Shown here in pieces: positions 51,950 through 62,152 of a stretch of DNA of 64,000 nucleotides. Both the position numbers and the translations under genes were made by a program. Numbering within the stretch: position 1 is the stretch's first letter; every line of letters begins with the position of its first letter. Source of the DNA: Terriglobia bacterium (lineage in GTDB: Bacteria; Acidobacteriota; Terriglobia; Acidiferrales; UBA7541); the NCBI GenBank assembly GCA_963695545.1, contig OY968796.1, positions 1,856,001-1,920,000 of the forward strand, read 5' to 3'. The notes under the pieces were generated by a model. That model was not told the DNA's origin. It ran no database searches and was given only the letters and a program-made list of their open reading frames with translations.

Positions 51950-53272
51950 CTAACCCTGAAATCGTTTCCGGACGAGCTCGAGCGCCTGCTCGCGATCCTT
52001 CAGCTCGCCATCGAGTTGGGCATCATCGACTGCTTGGAGGATCTCCTTGTACAACGGGCCGGGGGGAAAGCCCATCTCTTTCAGGTCCTCGCCCGTCACC
52101 AGGCGCTGCGGTCGAACTTCATCAGGCGGCGTCTCCGCAATAAAGCGCCGCACAAATTCGTAAGCGTCGAGATTGCGGTGGCTCGAAAGGCAATCCAGGC
52201 GATGAAGCTCGAGATGTTCCTCAAATCGAGGCAGTCGCACGAAACGCTTCAGCGTCGCCGGGCGCATTTGGAACACATCTTTGAAGCGCAAATGATTCGC
52301 CACCAGCGCTTCGATTTGTTCCGTGTCGTCGTTTGAAAATCGCAGCGCGCGGCAAATCTCCAGCGCCATCGCCGTGCCGATCTCGACGTGGCGATCGAAT
52401 CGTATGCGATCGCCGGGCCCCGAGGGCGGCGTGAACGTCGGCGGCTTGCCGACGTCGTGAAGCAAAACGCCCCAGGCGAGCGTCGGCGACGCGCCCGCCG
52501 CCAGTCCTTCGAGCATCATCAGCGTGTGCACCCAAACGTCGCCTTCCGGGTGAAATTGCGGCGGCTGCGCCACGCCTTTCATGCGCGCCACCCCCGGCAG
52601 CAGTGGCGCGAGCAATCCCGTTGCATCCAGCAACTCAAACGCGCGCCGCGCTGCGCCTTCGGTCAGAAGGCGCGTCAGTTCTTCGCGCACGCGCTCGGCG
52701 GAAACTTCGGTGATCTCGTTCGCCCGCGCGCGAATCGCCTCGAACGTCGCAGACTCGATCTGGTAACCGAATCGCGCGGCGAAGCGCACCGCGCGCAGCA
52801 TGCGCAGCTTGTCTTCGCCGAAGCGGCGGTCGGGATCTCCGATCGCGCGCACCAGGCCGGCGCGCAGATCGTCGCGTCCGTCGACGAAGTCGAGCACTTG
52901 CCCCGTGCGCGGATCGAGCAGCAATCCATTGATCGTGAAATCGCGCCGCCGCACATCTTCTTCGGCCGTGCGCGAAAAAATCACGCGATCCGGATGACGC
53001 CCGTCGGAATAGCCAACATCGCTGCGAAACGTCGCCACTTCGACGTCGGCATCGTCTTCGTGCACCAAAATCACGCCGAATTTCGCGCCGATTGTCAGGC
53101 TGCCGGGGAACAGCGTCACCACGCGCTCCGGCAAAGCGTCGGTCGCGACGTCGAAATCCGCCGGCTCGCGCCCGAGTTCGAGATCGCGCACGCATCCGCC
53201 CACCAGATATGCCTGATGGCCGTGCTGCCACAACACTTCGCAGATCTGCAACGCGAGTTCGCGCGGCGTCAT
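51950..53272 (-). CDS. Class II tRNA nucleotidyltransferase (CCA-adding/poly(A) polymerase family) with HD domain
   Basis: VGGCVRD, DFDVAT, RRDFTING, ED.LRMLRAVRF, LHDVGK. Confidence 0.92.
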   Translation of the reverse strand: MTPRELALQICEVLWQHGHQAYLVGGCVRDLELGREPADFDVATDALPERVVTLFPGSLTIGAKFGVILVHEDDADVEVATFRSDVGYSDGRHPDRVIFSRTAEEDVRRRDFTINGLLLDPRTGQVLDFVDGRDDLRAGLVRAIGDPDRRFGEDKLRMLRAVRFAARFGYQIESATFEAIRARANEITEVSAERVREELTRLLTEGAARRAFELLDATGLLAPLLPGVARMKGVAQPPQFHPEGDVWVHTLMMLEGLAAGASPTLAWGVLLHDVGKPPTFTPPSGPGDRIRFDRHVEIGTAMALEICRALRFSNDDTEQIEALVANHLRFKDVFQMRPATLKRFVRLPRFEEHLELHRLDCLSSHRNLDAYEFVRRFIAETPPDEVRPQRLVTGEDLKEMGFPPGPLYKEILQAVDDAQLDGELKDREQALELVRKRFQG

Positions 53273-53294
53273 GCCAGGATTATGCGCCGAAAGG

Positions 53295-54584
53295 TCAATT
53301 TTCGTCGCGTTCGTCGCGCTCGAGCGAGCCGCCGAATTGCACCTTCGAGAAGCCAAAGCGATCACGCAGCGAATCCGTAGCGCGCGCCAGGCGCTCCAGT
53401 TTCTCCTTGCGCTCCGCATCCAGCAGATCGAGCTGCCGTGCGCCCTCCGAAAAAGATTCAAGCGCCACGCCCAGCAAACGAATCTTTCGACGTCGATCCC
53501 AGTTCTGCTCGAACAGCCGCGCGATCGTGCCGATCACGTCGGCATCAAGTCGCGTCGGCGCAGGCAGCGTGTGCGAACGCGTGATAGTTTGGAACTCTTC
53601 GTAGCGAATCGTCAGACGAATCGTGCGCGCCGCGAGTCCGGAATCGCGCAGGCGCTTCGCCGCCATTTGCGCCAGACGGCTGAGAGTCGCGCTCGCAAGG
53701 CGCGCATCGTCCGTGTCGTGTCCGAACGTATGATTGTGCGAAATCGATTTCGCCTCGGCGTCGAGCAAAAATTCGTAGGCATCTTCCCCGCGAGACTTGC
53801 GCTCCAGCGCCGCGCCCCATCGGCCGAAATTTTCGTCGAGGCGCTCATGCGAGGCCGCGGCCAATTCGCCCACAGTCTTGATTCCCAGATTCGCGAGCGC
53901 CGCTTCGGTCACTTTCCCGATTCCCGGAATGCGTCGCACCTCGAGCGGTGCCAGAAACACCTCCTCGCTTCCGAACGGCACCCAAACCAAACCGCGCGGC
54001 TTGGCTTGCTCGGAAGCAACTTTTGCCACCAGCCGCGTGCGACCCAGGCCCATCGAACTCGGCAATCCGGTCGTGTTCCAGATTTCGCAGCGCAAGCGAT
54101 GCGCCGCGGCCAGCGGCGGCCCATTCACGCGCTCGGTTCCCGCAAGATTCAGGTACGCTTCATCGATCGAAGCCATTTCCACGATCGGTGAGTACCGCCC
54201 GAGAATTGCCGCGATCCGATCGCTCCATTCCGAATACAAACGATGCCGAAGCTCAAGGAAAATCGCGTGCGGGCAAAGTCGCCCCGCCGTGCGCAGCGGC
54301 ATCGCGGATTGAATCCCATATCGCCGCGCTTCGTAGCTCGCCGCGGAAACCACGCCGCGCTGATCCGGCTGCCCGCCCACCACCACGGGCTTGCCCTTCA
54401 GCTCGGGCCGCTCCAGCAGCTCGACCGAAACGAAAAACGCGTCCATATCCACATGCAGGATCGAAGCGACACGATCGGAATCGTCAGAATTTCCAGAACA
54501 CGGGGGTGAGCCGGCGGGCGAATCGTGCTTGGCGCGGAAGTGCGCGAGCTTGGGCAAGGGCAGGCAAGACCTCGCTGCGCGCAA
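53295..54584 (-). CDS. dinB: DNA polymerase IV (Y family); exact start uncertain
   Basis: ILHVDMDAFF, ASYEAR, SIDEAYL, AKVAS..AKPRG. Confidence 0.95.
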   Translation of the reverse strand: MRAARSCLPLPKLAHFRAKHDSPAGSPPCSGNSDDSDRVASILHVDMDAFFVSVELLERPELKGKPVVVGGQPDQRGVVSAASYEARRYGIQSAMPLRTAGRLCPHAIFLELRHRLYSEWSDRIAAILGRYSPIVEMASIDEAYLNLAGTERVNGPPLAAAHRLRCEIWNTTGLPSSMGLGRTRLVAKVASEQAKPRGLVWVPFGSEEVFLAPLEVRRIPGIGKVTEAALANLGIKTVGELAAASHERLDENFGRWGAALERKSRGEDAYEFLLDAEAKSISHNHTFGHDTDDARLASATLSRLAQMAAKRLRDSGLAARTIRLTIRYEEFQTITRSHTLPAPTRLDADVIGTIARLFEQNWDRRRKIRLLGVALESFSEGARQLDLLDAERKEKLERLARATDSLRDRFGFSKVQFGGSLERDERDEN

Positions 54585-54634
54585 CTATACACCGTTTTTG
54601 CGCATAGGCGAAAGAATAGCGAAGCACGCACGGC

Positions 54635-55501
54635 CTAAATTCGGATCGCGGATGCCACGCGCGGGATGCCCGCGAGGTCGTTCGCGATCGCCAGATCGCG
54701 CCAGCGCGTCGCGGCAAGTAGCGAGCCGACGTGCTCGGCCGCGTTGTATCCAAGTTCGAGAACGAACAGACCGCCTGCAGAAAGCAATTGCTCCGCTTGG
54801 GCAACGAGCGGCGCGTACAAATCGAGACCCGTTTCACCGCCGAAGAGCGCGATCCCCGGCTCGTGCTCGCGTACCTCGCGCGGCAGCGTCTCCGCATCGG
54901 CCAGCGCGACGTATGGCGGATTGCTGACGATCACATCAAAGCGCGCCGCGAGCGAAGCTTCACGTATGAACACATCCAGCAGATTGCATTCGAGAAAATC
55001 AATGCGCGTGCTGACGCGATTCTTCGCCGCATTGCGGCGCGCCACGGCGAGCGCGGCGGAGGAAACGTCCGTCGCCACGATCTGCGCCTGCAGCAATTCG
55101 GTCGCAAGCGCCACGGCCAAGCAGCCGGAGCCCGTGCCAACGTCGGCCACGCGCAATTTTTTGCTGGTTCGCTCGCCCAGTCGCGCAAGCGCTACTTCCA
55201 CGACGTGCTCGGTTTCCGGGCGCGGGATCAGCACGTCCGGCGTGACCTCGAATTCAAGTCCCCAAAATTCTTGCACGCCCGTCAGGTGTTGCACGGGAGT
55301 TCCAGCGGCGCGCCGCGCGACGAGCGCGAAATACTGTTGCCACTGCTCTCCGCTGAGCGGCGCGTCGGGATGCGCGTAAATCCAAGTGCGATCGCGCTGC
55401 GTGATGTGCAGCAGCAGCAACTCGGCGGCGAGCGCGGCCGAAGGCACGCTTTCGCTCTCGAGGCGAACGATGGCTTCACGCAATGATGTACGGATGTTCA
55501 T
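54635..55501 (-). CDS. prmC: Release factor glutamine methyltransferase
   Basis: VLIPRPETE, DVGTGSG, SNPPY; directly follows prfA. Confidence 0.95.
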   Translation of the reverse strand: MNIRTSLREAIVRLESESVPSAALAAELLLLHITQRDRTWIYAHPDAPLSGEQWQQYFALVARRAAGTPVQHLTGVQEFWGLEFEVTPDVLIPRPETEHVVEVALARLGERTSKKLRVADVGTGSGCLAVALATELLQAQIVATDVSSAALAVARRNAAKNRVSTRIDFLECNLLDVFIREASLAARFDVIVSNPPYVALADAETLPREVREHEPGIALFGGETGLDLYAPLVAQAEQLLSAGGLFVLELGYNAAEHVGSLLAATRWRDLAIANDLAGIPRVASAIRI

Positions 55502-55560
55502 GGAAGTTTCGGCGGCATGGCGGCGCGGCGACGAAAAAGCAGCCACAATAGCGCCGCGGC

Positions 55561-56652
55561 TCATGCGTCAACCAGCTCTTGATTCAAGCGCTCGGTTTCG
55601 TAGTGCGCCACCAGCGCGTCCACGAACGGCGCAAGCTTTCCATCCATCACGTCAGTGAGCTGATGAATCGTCAATCCGATGCGGTGATCGGTGACGCGAT
55701 TTTGCGGAAAATTGTAAGTGCGAATTTTTTCCGAGCGGTCGCCTGTGCGGATTTGTCCGCGGCGTTCGGCGGCGATTTGATCGTGCTGCTTCTGCTGCTC
55801 GAGTTCGTAGAGCCGCGCGCGCAGCACGCGCATGGCCTTGGCGCGATTCTTGATCTGCGATTTTTCGTCCTGCTGCGAAACCACCAGACCCGACGGCACG
55901 TGCGTGATGCGCACAGCCGAATATGTTGTGTTCACCGATTGCCCGCCCGGCCCCGACGAGCAGAACGTATCGACGCGGAGATCCTTCGGCTCGATTTTGA
56001 TTTCGATTTCGTCGGCTTCGGGCAGCACGGCCACCGTGGCCGCCGAAGTGTGCACGCGCCCCTGTTGTTCGGTTGCGGGCACGCGCTGCACGCGATGCAC
56101 GCCGCTTTCGTATTTCAGTTTGGCGTAAACCTTTTTCCCTTCGATCGACGCCGTGATGTCTTTCAGTCCGCCGAGCGACGATGGCGAGCTTTCGAGCACA
56201 TCCACGCGCCAGCCCTGTGCCTCCGCGTAGCGCGAGTACATGCGGAACAGTTCGCCCGCGAACAGCGCCGCCTCGTCGCCGCCTGTTCCCGCGCGAATTT
56301 CCAGGATTACGTTTTTTCCGTCGTTGGGATCTTTCGGCAGCAGCAGCATTTTCAAATCCTGCTCGACGGCCGCTTTGCGCTCTGCGAGTTGTTTTTCCTC
56401 GTCGTGCGCCATCTGCTTCATTTCCGCGTCCGTCGATTCCACTTGGATTTGCCGCGCCTCGCGCAGGCCTTGATCGATCTGCTTCCATTCGCGATATTTC
56501 TCGACGATTTGCGCCTGATCGCCGTGCGTGCGCGCAAGCTTCTGGTATCGCGCCGAATCGCTCAGCACTTCGGGCGATGAAATCTGCGCCGTCAATTCTT
56601 CGTACTTCTTTTCGATCTGGTCCAATTTGTCGAAAATCGGATTCTCAGACAT
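55561..56652 (-). CDS. prfA: Peptide chain release factor 1
   Basis: GGQ motif; VPAT (PxT) stop-recognition motif; RTYNFPQ. Confidence 0.97.
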   Translation of the reverse strand: MSENPIFDKLDQIEKKYEELTAQISSPEVLSDSARYQKLARTHGDQAQIVEKYREWKQIDQGLREARQIQVESTDAEMKQMAHDEEKQLAERKAAVEQDLKMLLLPKDPNDGKNVILEIRAGTGGDEAALFAGELFRMYSRYAEAQGWRVDVLESSPSSLGGLKDITASIEGKKVYAKLKYESGVHRVQRVPATEQQGRVHTSAATVAVLPEADEIEIKIEPKDLRVDTFCSSGPGGQSVNTTYSAVRITHVPSGLVVSQQDEKSQIKNRAKAMRVLRARLYELEQQKQHDQIAAERRGQIRTGDRSEKIRTYNFPQNRVTDHRIGLTIHQLTDVMDGKLAPFVDALVAHYETERLNQELVDA

Positions 56653-56876
56653 GACCCAACTCCTTCAGTCGAACGCCAATCGCAAACGCCGGAACAATTC
56701 TTAGAATGCGCAACGCGCGCGGAATACTGGGAAGAACACATCAACGCTGGCCCCGCCGCAGCGGGTGACGAGAGGAAATCGGCTAATAGAAGGCGCGAAA
56801 CATCGCAGTCAGCCTGTTCTCACGATAATCTCAACGGCCGCCGATGTCAAACCGCGCGGCGCGTCATCTGGAGTCG

Positions 56877-58418
56877 CTACGCCCAATATGTGCGATCGAG
56901 CGTGCGGTACTGAATGGCCTCGCTCAGGTGATGCGGCTCGATGTTTTCGGCGGCGTCGAGATCGGCGATGGTGCGCGAGACTTTCAGGATGCGATCGTGC
57001 GCGCGCGCCGAAAGCGATAGACGCGCGATCGCGGTTTCCAGGCGCCGCTCGCCTTCCGCGGAGATACCGCAGAATTTGCGCAGCAGCTTCGGCGGCATCT
57101 GCGCGTTGGAATAGACTCTCTTTTCGCCGGCAAATCGCTCGAGCTGCCGCCGCCGCGCGCGCATTACGCGATCGCGCACCGCTTCGGAGCCTTCGATTTC
57201 CGCGTCGCCGCGCAATTCCTTGTACTTCACGGCGGGCACCTCGATGTGAATGTCTACGCGATCGAGCAGCGGCCCCGAAATTTTGGCAACGTAGCGCTGA
57301 ATCTGCGGCGGCGAGCAGTGGCATTCGCGCGTGCCGTCGCCGAAAAATCCGCAGGGGCAAGGATTCATGGCCGCGGCCAGCATGAAGCGCGCCGGGAAGG
57401 TGACCGAGACCGCCGCGCGCGCGATGGTCACCGAACCTTCCTCGAGCGGTTGCCGCAGCACTTCAAGAACGTTGCGCTGAAATTCCGGCAGCTCGTCGAG
57501 AAACAACACGCCGTTGTGTCCGAGCGAAACTTCGCCCGGCCGCGGCACAGCGCCTCCGCCGATCAGGCCGGCGTCGCTGATAGTGTGGTGCGGCGAACGG
57601 AATGGCCGCGTGCCCACCAGGCCGCCCGCGTTGTCGAGCAGCCCCGCGACGCTGTGAATGCGCGTGGTCTCGATGGCTTCTTCAAGCGACATCGGCGGCA
57701 AAATCGTGGGGATGCGCTTCGCGAGCATGGTCTTGCCCGCGCCCGGCGGCCCGAGAAATAAAATATTGTGCCCGCCAGCGCAAGCCACTTCGAGCGCGCG
57801 CTTCGCCGCCAGTTGACCGCGAACGTCGCGCAAATCCACCGGATATTGCGCGGCGTCCGCCAACATCGCGCGCGCTTCCACGTTCACCGGCGCAAAAGAT
57901 TCCGGCGCGTTCACCAAATCCACCGCCTGCGGCAGCGAGCGCACGCCGTAAACGTCCACGCCTTCGACCACCGCCGCCTCGCGCGCATTCGCTTCCGGCA
58001 CGGCCAGCGCGCGAATCCCTTTTTCGCGCGCCGCGAGCGCCGCCGAAAGCGCCCCGCGCACCGGCCGCACGCCGCCATCGAGCGAAAGTTCGCCCAAGAA
58101 AACAAATCCATCGAGCGTCTTGCCGAAGAACGATCCTTGGCATCCCAGAATTCCGAGCGCCATCGGCAGATCGAACGCCGAGCCTTCTTTGCGAATGTCC
58201 GCCGGCGCCAGATTCACGGTGACGCCAAACGGGTGCGGAAAATCGTAGCCACAATTTTTCAGCGCGGCCTTGATGCGCTCGCGGCTTTCGCTCACCGCGT
58301 TATCGGGCAGGCCCACCACGTTAAATTCGTTCATCTTGCCGGAGCCGACGTCGACCTCGGTTTCCACAAGGTAGGCGTCAATGCCGAAGACCGCGGCGCT
58401 GAGAGTTTTGAAGAGCAT
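56877..58418 (-). CDS. comM: YifB/ComM Mg-chelatase-like AAA+ ATPase
   Basis: [53 protein letters not shown]. Confidence 0.93.
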   Translation of the reverse strand: MLFKTLSAAVFGIDAYLVETEVDVGSGKMNEFNVVGLPDNAVSESRERIKAALKNCGYDFPHPFGVTVNLAPADIRKEGSAFDLPMALGILGCQGSFFGKTLDGFVFLGELSLDGGVRPVRGALSAALAAREKGIRALAVPEANAREAAVVEGVDVYGVRSLPQAVDLVNAPESFAPVNVEARAMLADAAQYPVDLRDVRGQLAAKRALEVACAGGHNILFLGPPGAGKTMLAKRIPTILPPMSLEEAIETTRIHSVAGLLDNAGGLVGTRPFRSPHHTISDAGLIGGGAVPRPGEVSLGHNGVLFLDELPEFQRNVLEVLRQPLEEGSVTIARAAVSVTFPARFMLAAAMNPCPCGFFGDGTRECHCSPPQIQRYVAKISGPLLDRVDIHIEVPAVKYKELRGDAEIEGSEAVRDRVMRARRRQLERFAGEKRVYSNAQMPPKLLRKFCGISAEGERRLETAIARLSLSARAHDRILKVSRTIADLDAAENIEPHHLSEAIQYRTLDRTYWA

Positions 58419-58862
58419 CGGTAGAAGGGAAGCCAGCGACTCCGGCCAGAGAGTAACCCAAAAGGTACGAGCACGCCAGAGAAACCGAGCCCCTATGGGA
58501 ACTCGCTGATTGCGCGGGATTTGTCTATTGTGGGCTGGTCCGGTTGGGACGAGAGGGGGGCGCACCCCGGAACCCAGTTCATAAAATATTGTAAGCAAAC
58601 GACTTGCAGGAAATGTGTGCACGAGCGGTTTGGAATTAATTGAAAATGAAGGGGTTGTGGGGATTTCTTGGATCGAGTGCAGGAGGGCTGTGATGAGACG
58701 GCCCGTGGGCGCGTAACCGTCGAAAGTCGCGGAACAGGACAATTCGAATTGGTGGCGGCGAACACATAGAACGGTAGCACAAGTGAATTTAGTCGTCAGA
58801 TAAAAACTGAGTATTCTAATACATCCCAACGGGGGTGGGGCAACCGACCGTCGGCTAGCTCG

Positions 58863-60257
58863 TCAGGCCGTTTGGTCATCAGGCTCCAGTTCATCTCCGC
58901 TGCGTGGCTTCAATGCACTCGTGCTGCCTTCGTGCAATCGCTGCTCCCCGGAAACGGAAGCATCTCCTGAAATCGCGTAGGCCACCGCGGATCCGATGAG
59001 CGCCGGAATGATCAGAGCGTGCCCGCCGGTGGCTTCCGCGACGAAGACGACCGCAGCGAGTGGCGTCTTGTATCCGGCGGCGATGAACGCGGCCATGCCC
59101 ACCGCGGCGTAGAGATTGAGCGATGCGCTATGAACCACCAATTGGCCGAAAGCGGTTCCAAATGCGCCGCCCGTGAGGAACAGCGGCACGAACATGGCGC
59201 TTACTCCGCCAAAGGCCAGCGAGAAAATCGTCGCGCACAATTTGAGCGCGCCGAAGACCAAGAGTTCCGAGGTGCCATGTGCCGTGCCTAGAATTATGCC
59301 GACCGCCTCGTAGTTTGGTCCGATGGGAACGAGTGAATCCTTGAAAATGAGAACAAAGACGAGGCCACACAATCCCGTCAGCAGGCCGCCCACCGCAAGT
59401 TTCACCCAGTGCGGCGAGCGCCAGTTCACTACAAAGGCGCGCACGCGCCGGAAGGTAATTGCAAAGGTCATGGCGATGAGCCCGATCACGGCGCCAAGCA
59501 GCGCGCACCAAATCAAATCGCGGCCGGTGAACGACGCGGCGCCGGCAAAATTAAAAAGAGGCGTGGCTCCAAGGAACGAAGCAAGCGTGACATAAGAGAC
59601 CACCGACGCGATCAAAGAAGGCAGCAGCGCTTCGTGCGCGAGGTCATCTTTGTATGGCATTTCGAGGGCAAACACCAAGCCGGTGAGCGGCGCGCGAAAC
59701 ACCGCCGCCATGCCCGCAGCCGCGCCGCTGATGAGCATGATGCGCCGATCGCGCGGAGTTAAATTGAAACGTTTCATGTGGTCCCAAAGCCACGAGCCGA
59801 TTGCGCCGCCACCGTAGATACTGGGCCCTTCGAGAGCGGCGCTGCCGCCGAATCCGACGGTGGTGACCGCCGCGAGAAGCTTTGGAAAAAACGGCCGCAT
59901 ATCGATATCGCCCTGGTGCTTGTGGTAGGAAGCGACAATTTCTTCCGTGGAATGTTCATCGGGATTGGGCGTCAGAAACTGCATGATCAACCCGGTGGCC
60001 ACGAACCCCAGCACCACTCCCGGCACCATGGACCAGTGATGATGAAGGTAGTATGCGAACACCGCGGGCCAGAGTATTTTCAGGATGATCACAGCGACGC
60101 CGGTAACCACCAGGCCCGTCACCACTCCGATGATCGGAGCGATGATCAGCCACTTATGAAGATTGCGCGAGTAGGTGGCGCCGAGATCTTCGTGAACACG
60201 GGGCAAGTACTTGCGCAGCGTAGGGTACTTCGCGGCCCACGGCTTAGTATTCGGCAT
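58863..60257 (-). CDS. CLC-family chloride channel/transporter with divergent filter motifs
   Basis: GFGGSAALEGP, GAAAGMAAVFRAPLTG..FALE, PLAAVVFVAE; no CBS domains. Confidence 0.88.
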   Translation of the reverse strand: MPNTKPWAAKYPTLRKYLPRVHEDLGATYSRNLHKWLIIAPIIGVVTGLVVTGVAVIILKILWPAVFAYYLHHHWSMVPGVVLGFVATGLIMQFLTPNPDEHSTEEIVASYHKHQGDIDMRPFFPKLLAAVTTVGFGGSAALEGPSIYGGGAIGSWLWDHMKRFNLTPRDRRIMLISGAAAGMAAVFRAPLTGLVFALEMPYKDDLAHEALLPSLIASVVSYVTLASFLGATPLFNFAGAASFTGRDLIWCALLGAVIGLIAMTFAITFRRVRAFVVNWRSPHWVKLAVGGLLTGLCGLVFVLIFKDSLVPIGPNYEAVGIILGTAHGTSELLVFGALKLCATIFSLAFGGVSAMFVPLFLTGGAFGTAFGQLVVHSASLNLYAAVGMAAFIAAGYKTPLAAVVFVAEATGGHALIIPALIGSAVAYAISGDASVSGEQRLHEGSTSALKPRSGDELEPDDQTA

Positions 60258-60401
60258 TTGGTGTCTCGCTTCCTGCCAACTTGGGCAGTCGCTTTTGTGA
60301 CTCTCTCACCCGGGGGGAACTACGGCGTCCGATCGTATGTCCGCAGGTCCTCCATCTCAACGTTTTATCCGGTTGTTTTGTGACCTTGTCGGGCGAGGAT
60401 C

Positions 60402-60857
60402 TTAGGCGCGGCGTTTTTTTCTTCCGTGGCGGGACTGGCCATTGGCAATCACCACGATGGCGCTCAAGGCGTGCACCAACGCTGGCGCCATGATGCGCAA
60501 ATCGGCGATGCGTTCCTTGGCCACTTTGCCAAGCAGGCCGTTTCCGCGCGCCGTCAGCCGCACCAGCACGCGGCGCCGATCGTCTTTCGCGCGCTCGCGC
60601 CGCACCAGGCCGCGCCGCTCGAGGCGGTCAATCAGCCCGACGGCGCTGTGATGGCGCACCCGCAGGCGGTCGGCCAGCAGGCGGATCGAGGGCTCGGTCC
60701 CGGCGGGCAGCCCGCGCAAGCCGAGCAGCAGCAGATATTGTTGCGGCTCAAGGCCCGCGGCGCGCGCGCCCTGATCGGCCTTTTTCAAATAGCTGACGAT
60801 CCGATATCGAAACTCAGCCAGTTCCTGGTAGGCTTTCGCGACCACAGGCTGTCCCAT
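60402..60857 (-). CDS. MarR family transcriptional regulator
   Basis: LAEFRY, LADRL..RHHSAV.LIDRLE, DRRRVLVRLT. Confidence 0.9.
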   Translation of the reverse strand: MGQPVVAKAYQELAEFRYRIVSYLKKADQGARAAGLEPQQYLLLLGLRGLPAGTEPSIRLLADRLRVRHHSAVGLIDRLERRGLVRRERAKDDRRRVLVRLTARGNGLLGKVAKERIADLRIMAPALVHALSAIVVIANGQSRHGRKKRRA

Positions 60858-60950
60858 GCAAAATATTGTATCGCACAACGATATAAATGGAAACGCTTGG
60901 CAAGCAATCGGTAAACACGAGGCGGCGCGCACTCCGTTCGCGACTCCGCC

Positions 60951-61451
60951 TCAAAAAGTCTTGTCGGAATCGAGCAGCAGCGTCACCGGCCCCTCTCCCA
61001 CCAGCGCGACTTCCATGTGCGCCTGAAAAACTCCGGTTTCCACCCGAACGCCGAGGCCGCGAAGCGCCGCGACGAATTCTTCATACAGGCTTCGCGCCAA
61101 TTCGGCCGACGCGGCTTCCACATAGGAAGGCCGCCGTCCGTTGCGCGCGTCGCCGTAGAGCGTGAATTGCGATACCACCAGCGCCGCGGCTCCGATTTCC
61201 AGCAGCGAGCGATTCGCTTTTTCCGTTCGTTCGCCGGCCCCAGCCTCAGCTGGCGCCGCGGCCGCGTCTCGCCGCGCGCCGCCGGCGAAAATACGAAGAT
61301 GAGCGATTTTTTGCGCCAGCGCGCGAGCCGTTTCCGGTTTGTCCGCGCGGCCCACGCCCAGCAGGATCACCGCGCCCGCGCCAATTTCCCCCACCACGCG
61401 TCCTTCAACGCGCACCGACGCCTGCGACACTCGCTGCACCACGGCCCGCAT
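60951..61451 (-). CDS. dtd: D-aminoacyl-tRNA deacylase
   Basis: MRAVVQRV, SQFTL, GRRPSY, GPVT. Confidence 0.93.
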   Translation of the reverse strand: MRAVVQRVSQASVRVEGRVVGEIGAGAVILLGVGRADKPETARALAQKIAHLRIFAGGARRDAAAAPAEAGAGERTEKANRSLLEIGAAALVVSQFTLYGDARNGRRPSYVEAASAELARSLYEEFVAALRGLGVRVETGVFQAHMEVALVGEGPVTLLLDSDKTF

Positions 61452-61549
61452 GTTCACAATCCTCTTCCCGCGATTCTACCGCCGAGTTCCTTGTTTCCTC
61501 TCCCGCGAATCTGTGCTAGAAACTTTCCCGGAATGGAGAACACGCCGCA

Positions 61550-62131
61550 GTGAAGCTCGCCCTCATCGGCACGCACGGAGTCGGCAAAACCACGCTGGCC
61601 TACGAAATTTGCTCGCTCCTAAAGAAAGCCGATTACAACGTCGAGCTGGTAACCGAAGTGGCGCGCCGCTCGCCGCTGCCCGTGAACGAAGCCACCACGC
61701 TCGAGGGCCAGCTCTGGATTTTGCACGCGCAAATCGCCGCGGAACTCGAGGCCGCCGCGCGGGCTCCCCACGTGATCTGCGATCGCTCGGCGCTCGACAA
61801 CTATTGTTATCTCGTCAATAAGTTTGGCCGCCAGCCGCAGCTCGAGCAATGGCTGGCGTGGTGGATGGACACCTATTCCCTGCTTGTCAGCGTCCCGCCG
61901 ATTGCCGATGGCATCCCGGCCGACGGTTTCCGCTCGGAAAACGTCGAATTCCAGCATCGCATCCACGACTTGCTGGAGCAGATGCTGCGCGAACCGCCGT
62001 TTGCGAGCTTGGCCGATCGCGTGCTTCGGCTTGAGCGTCGCGAGCGCCGCGTGTGGGGCGAAATGATCTTCGCCGCGGCCGCGCCGCTGCTTCGTCCTAA
62101 CGGGCAATCGCACGGCGCCGCCGCTCGCTGA
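61550..62131 (+). CDS. P-loop NTPase/kinase (AAA_28, NadR-kinase-like)
   Basis: GTHGVGKTT, EVAR, ICDRS.LD. Confidence 0.8.
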   Translation: MKLALIGTHGVGKTTLAYEICSLLKKADYNVELVTEVARRSPLPVNEATTLEGQLWILHAQIAAELEAAARAPHVICDRSALDNYCYLVNKFGRQPQLEQWLAWWMDTYSLLVSVPPIADGIPADGFRSENVEFQHRIHDLLEQMLREPPFASLADRVLRLERRERRVWGEMIFAAAAPLLRPNGQSHGAAAR

Positions 62132-62152
62132 CGCGCCGCGCGTCGATCGTAA

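Noticed and set aside
58419..58829. 136-aa N-terminal extension of ComM; similar extensions on GH27, queG and the CCA enzyme
   Set aside because: Family homology starts at downstream Met codons; the extensions look like open intergenic or overlapping sequence
58863..60400. Fluoride exporter with fluoride riboswitch
   Set aside because: Fluoride-CLC signature motifs are absent and no fluoride-riboswitch consensus was seen upstream
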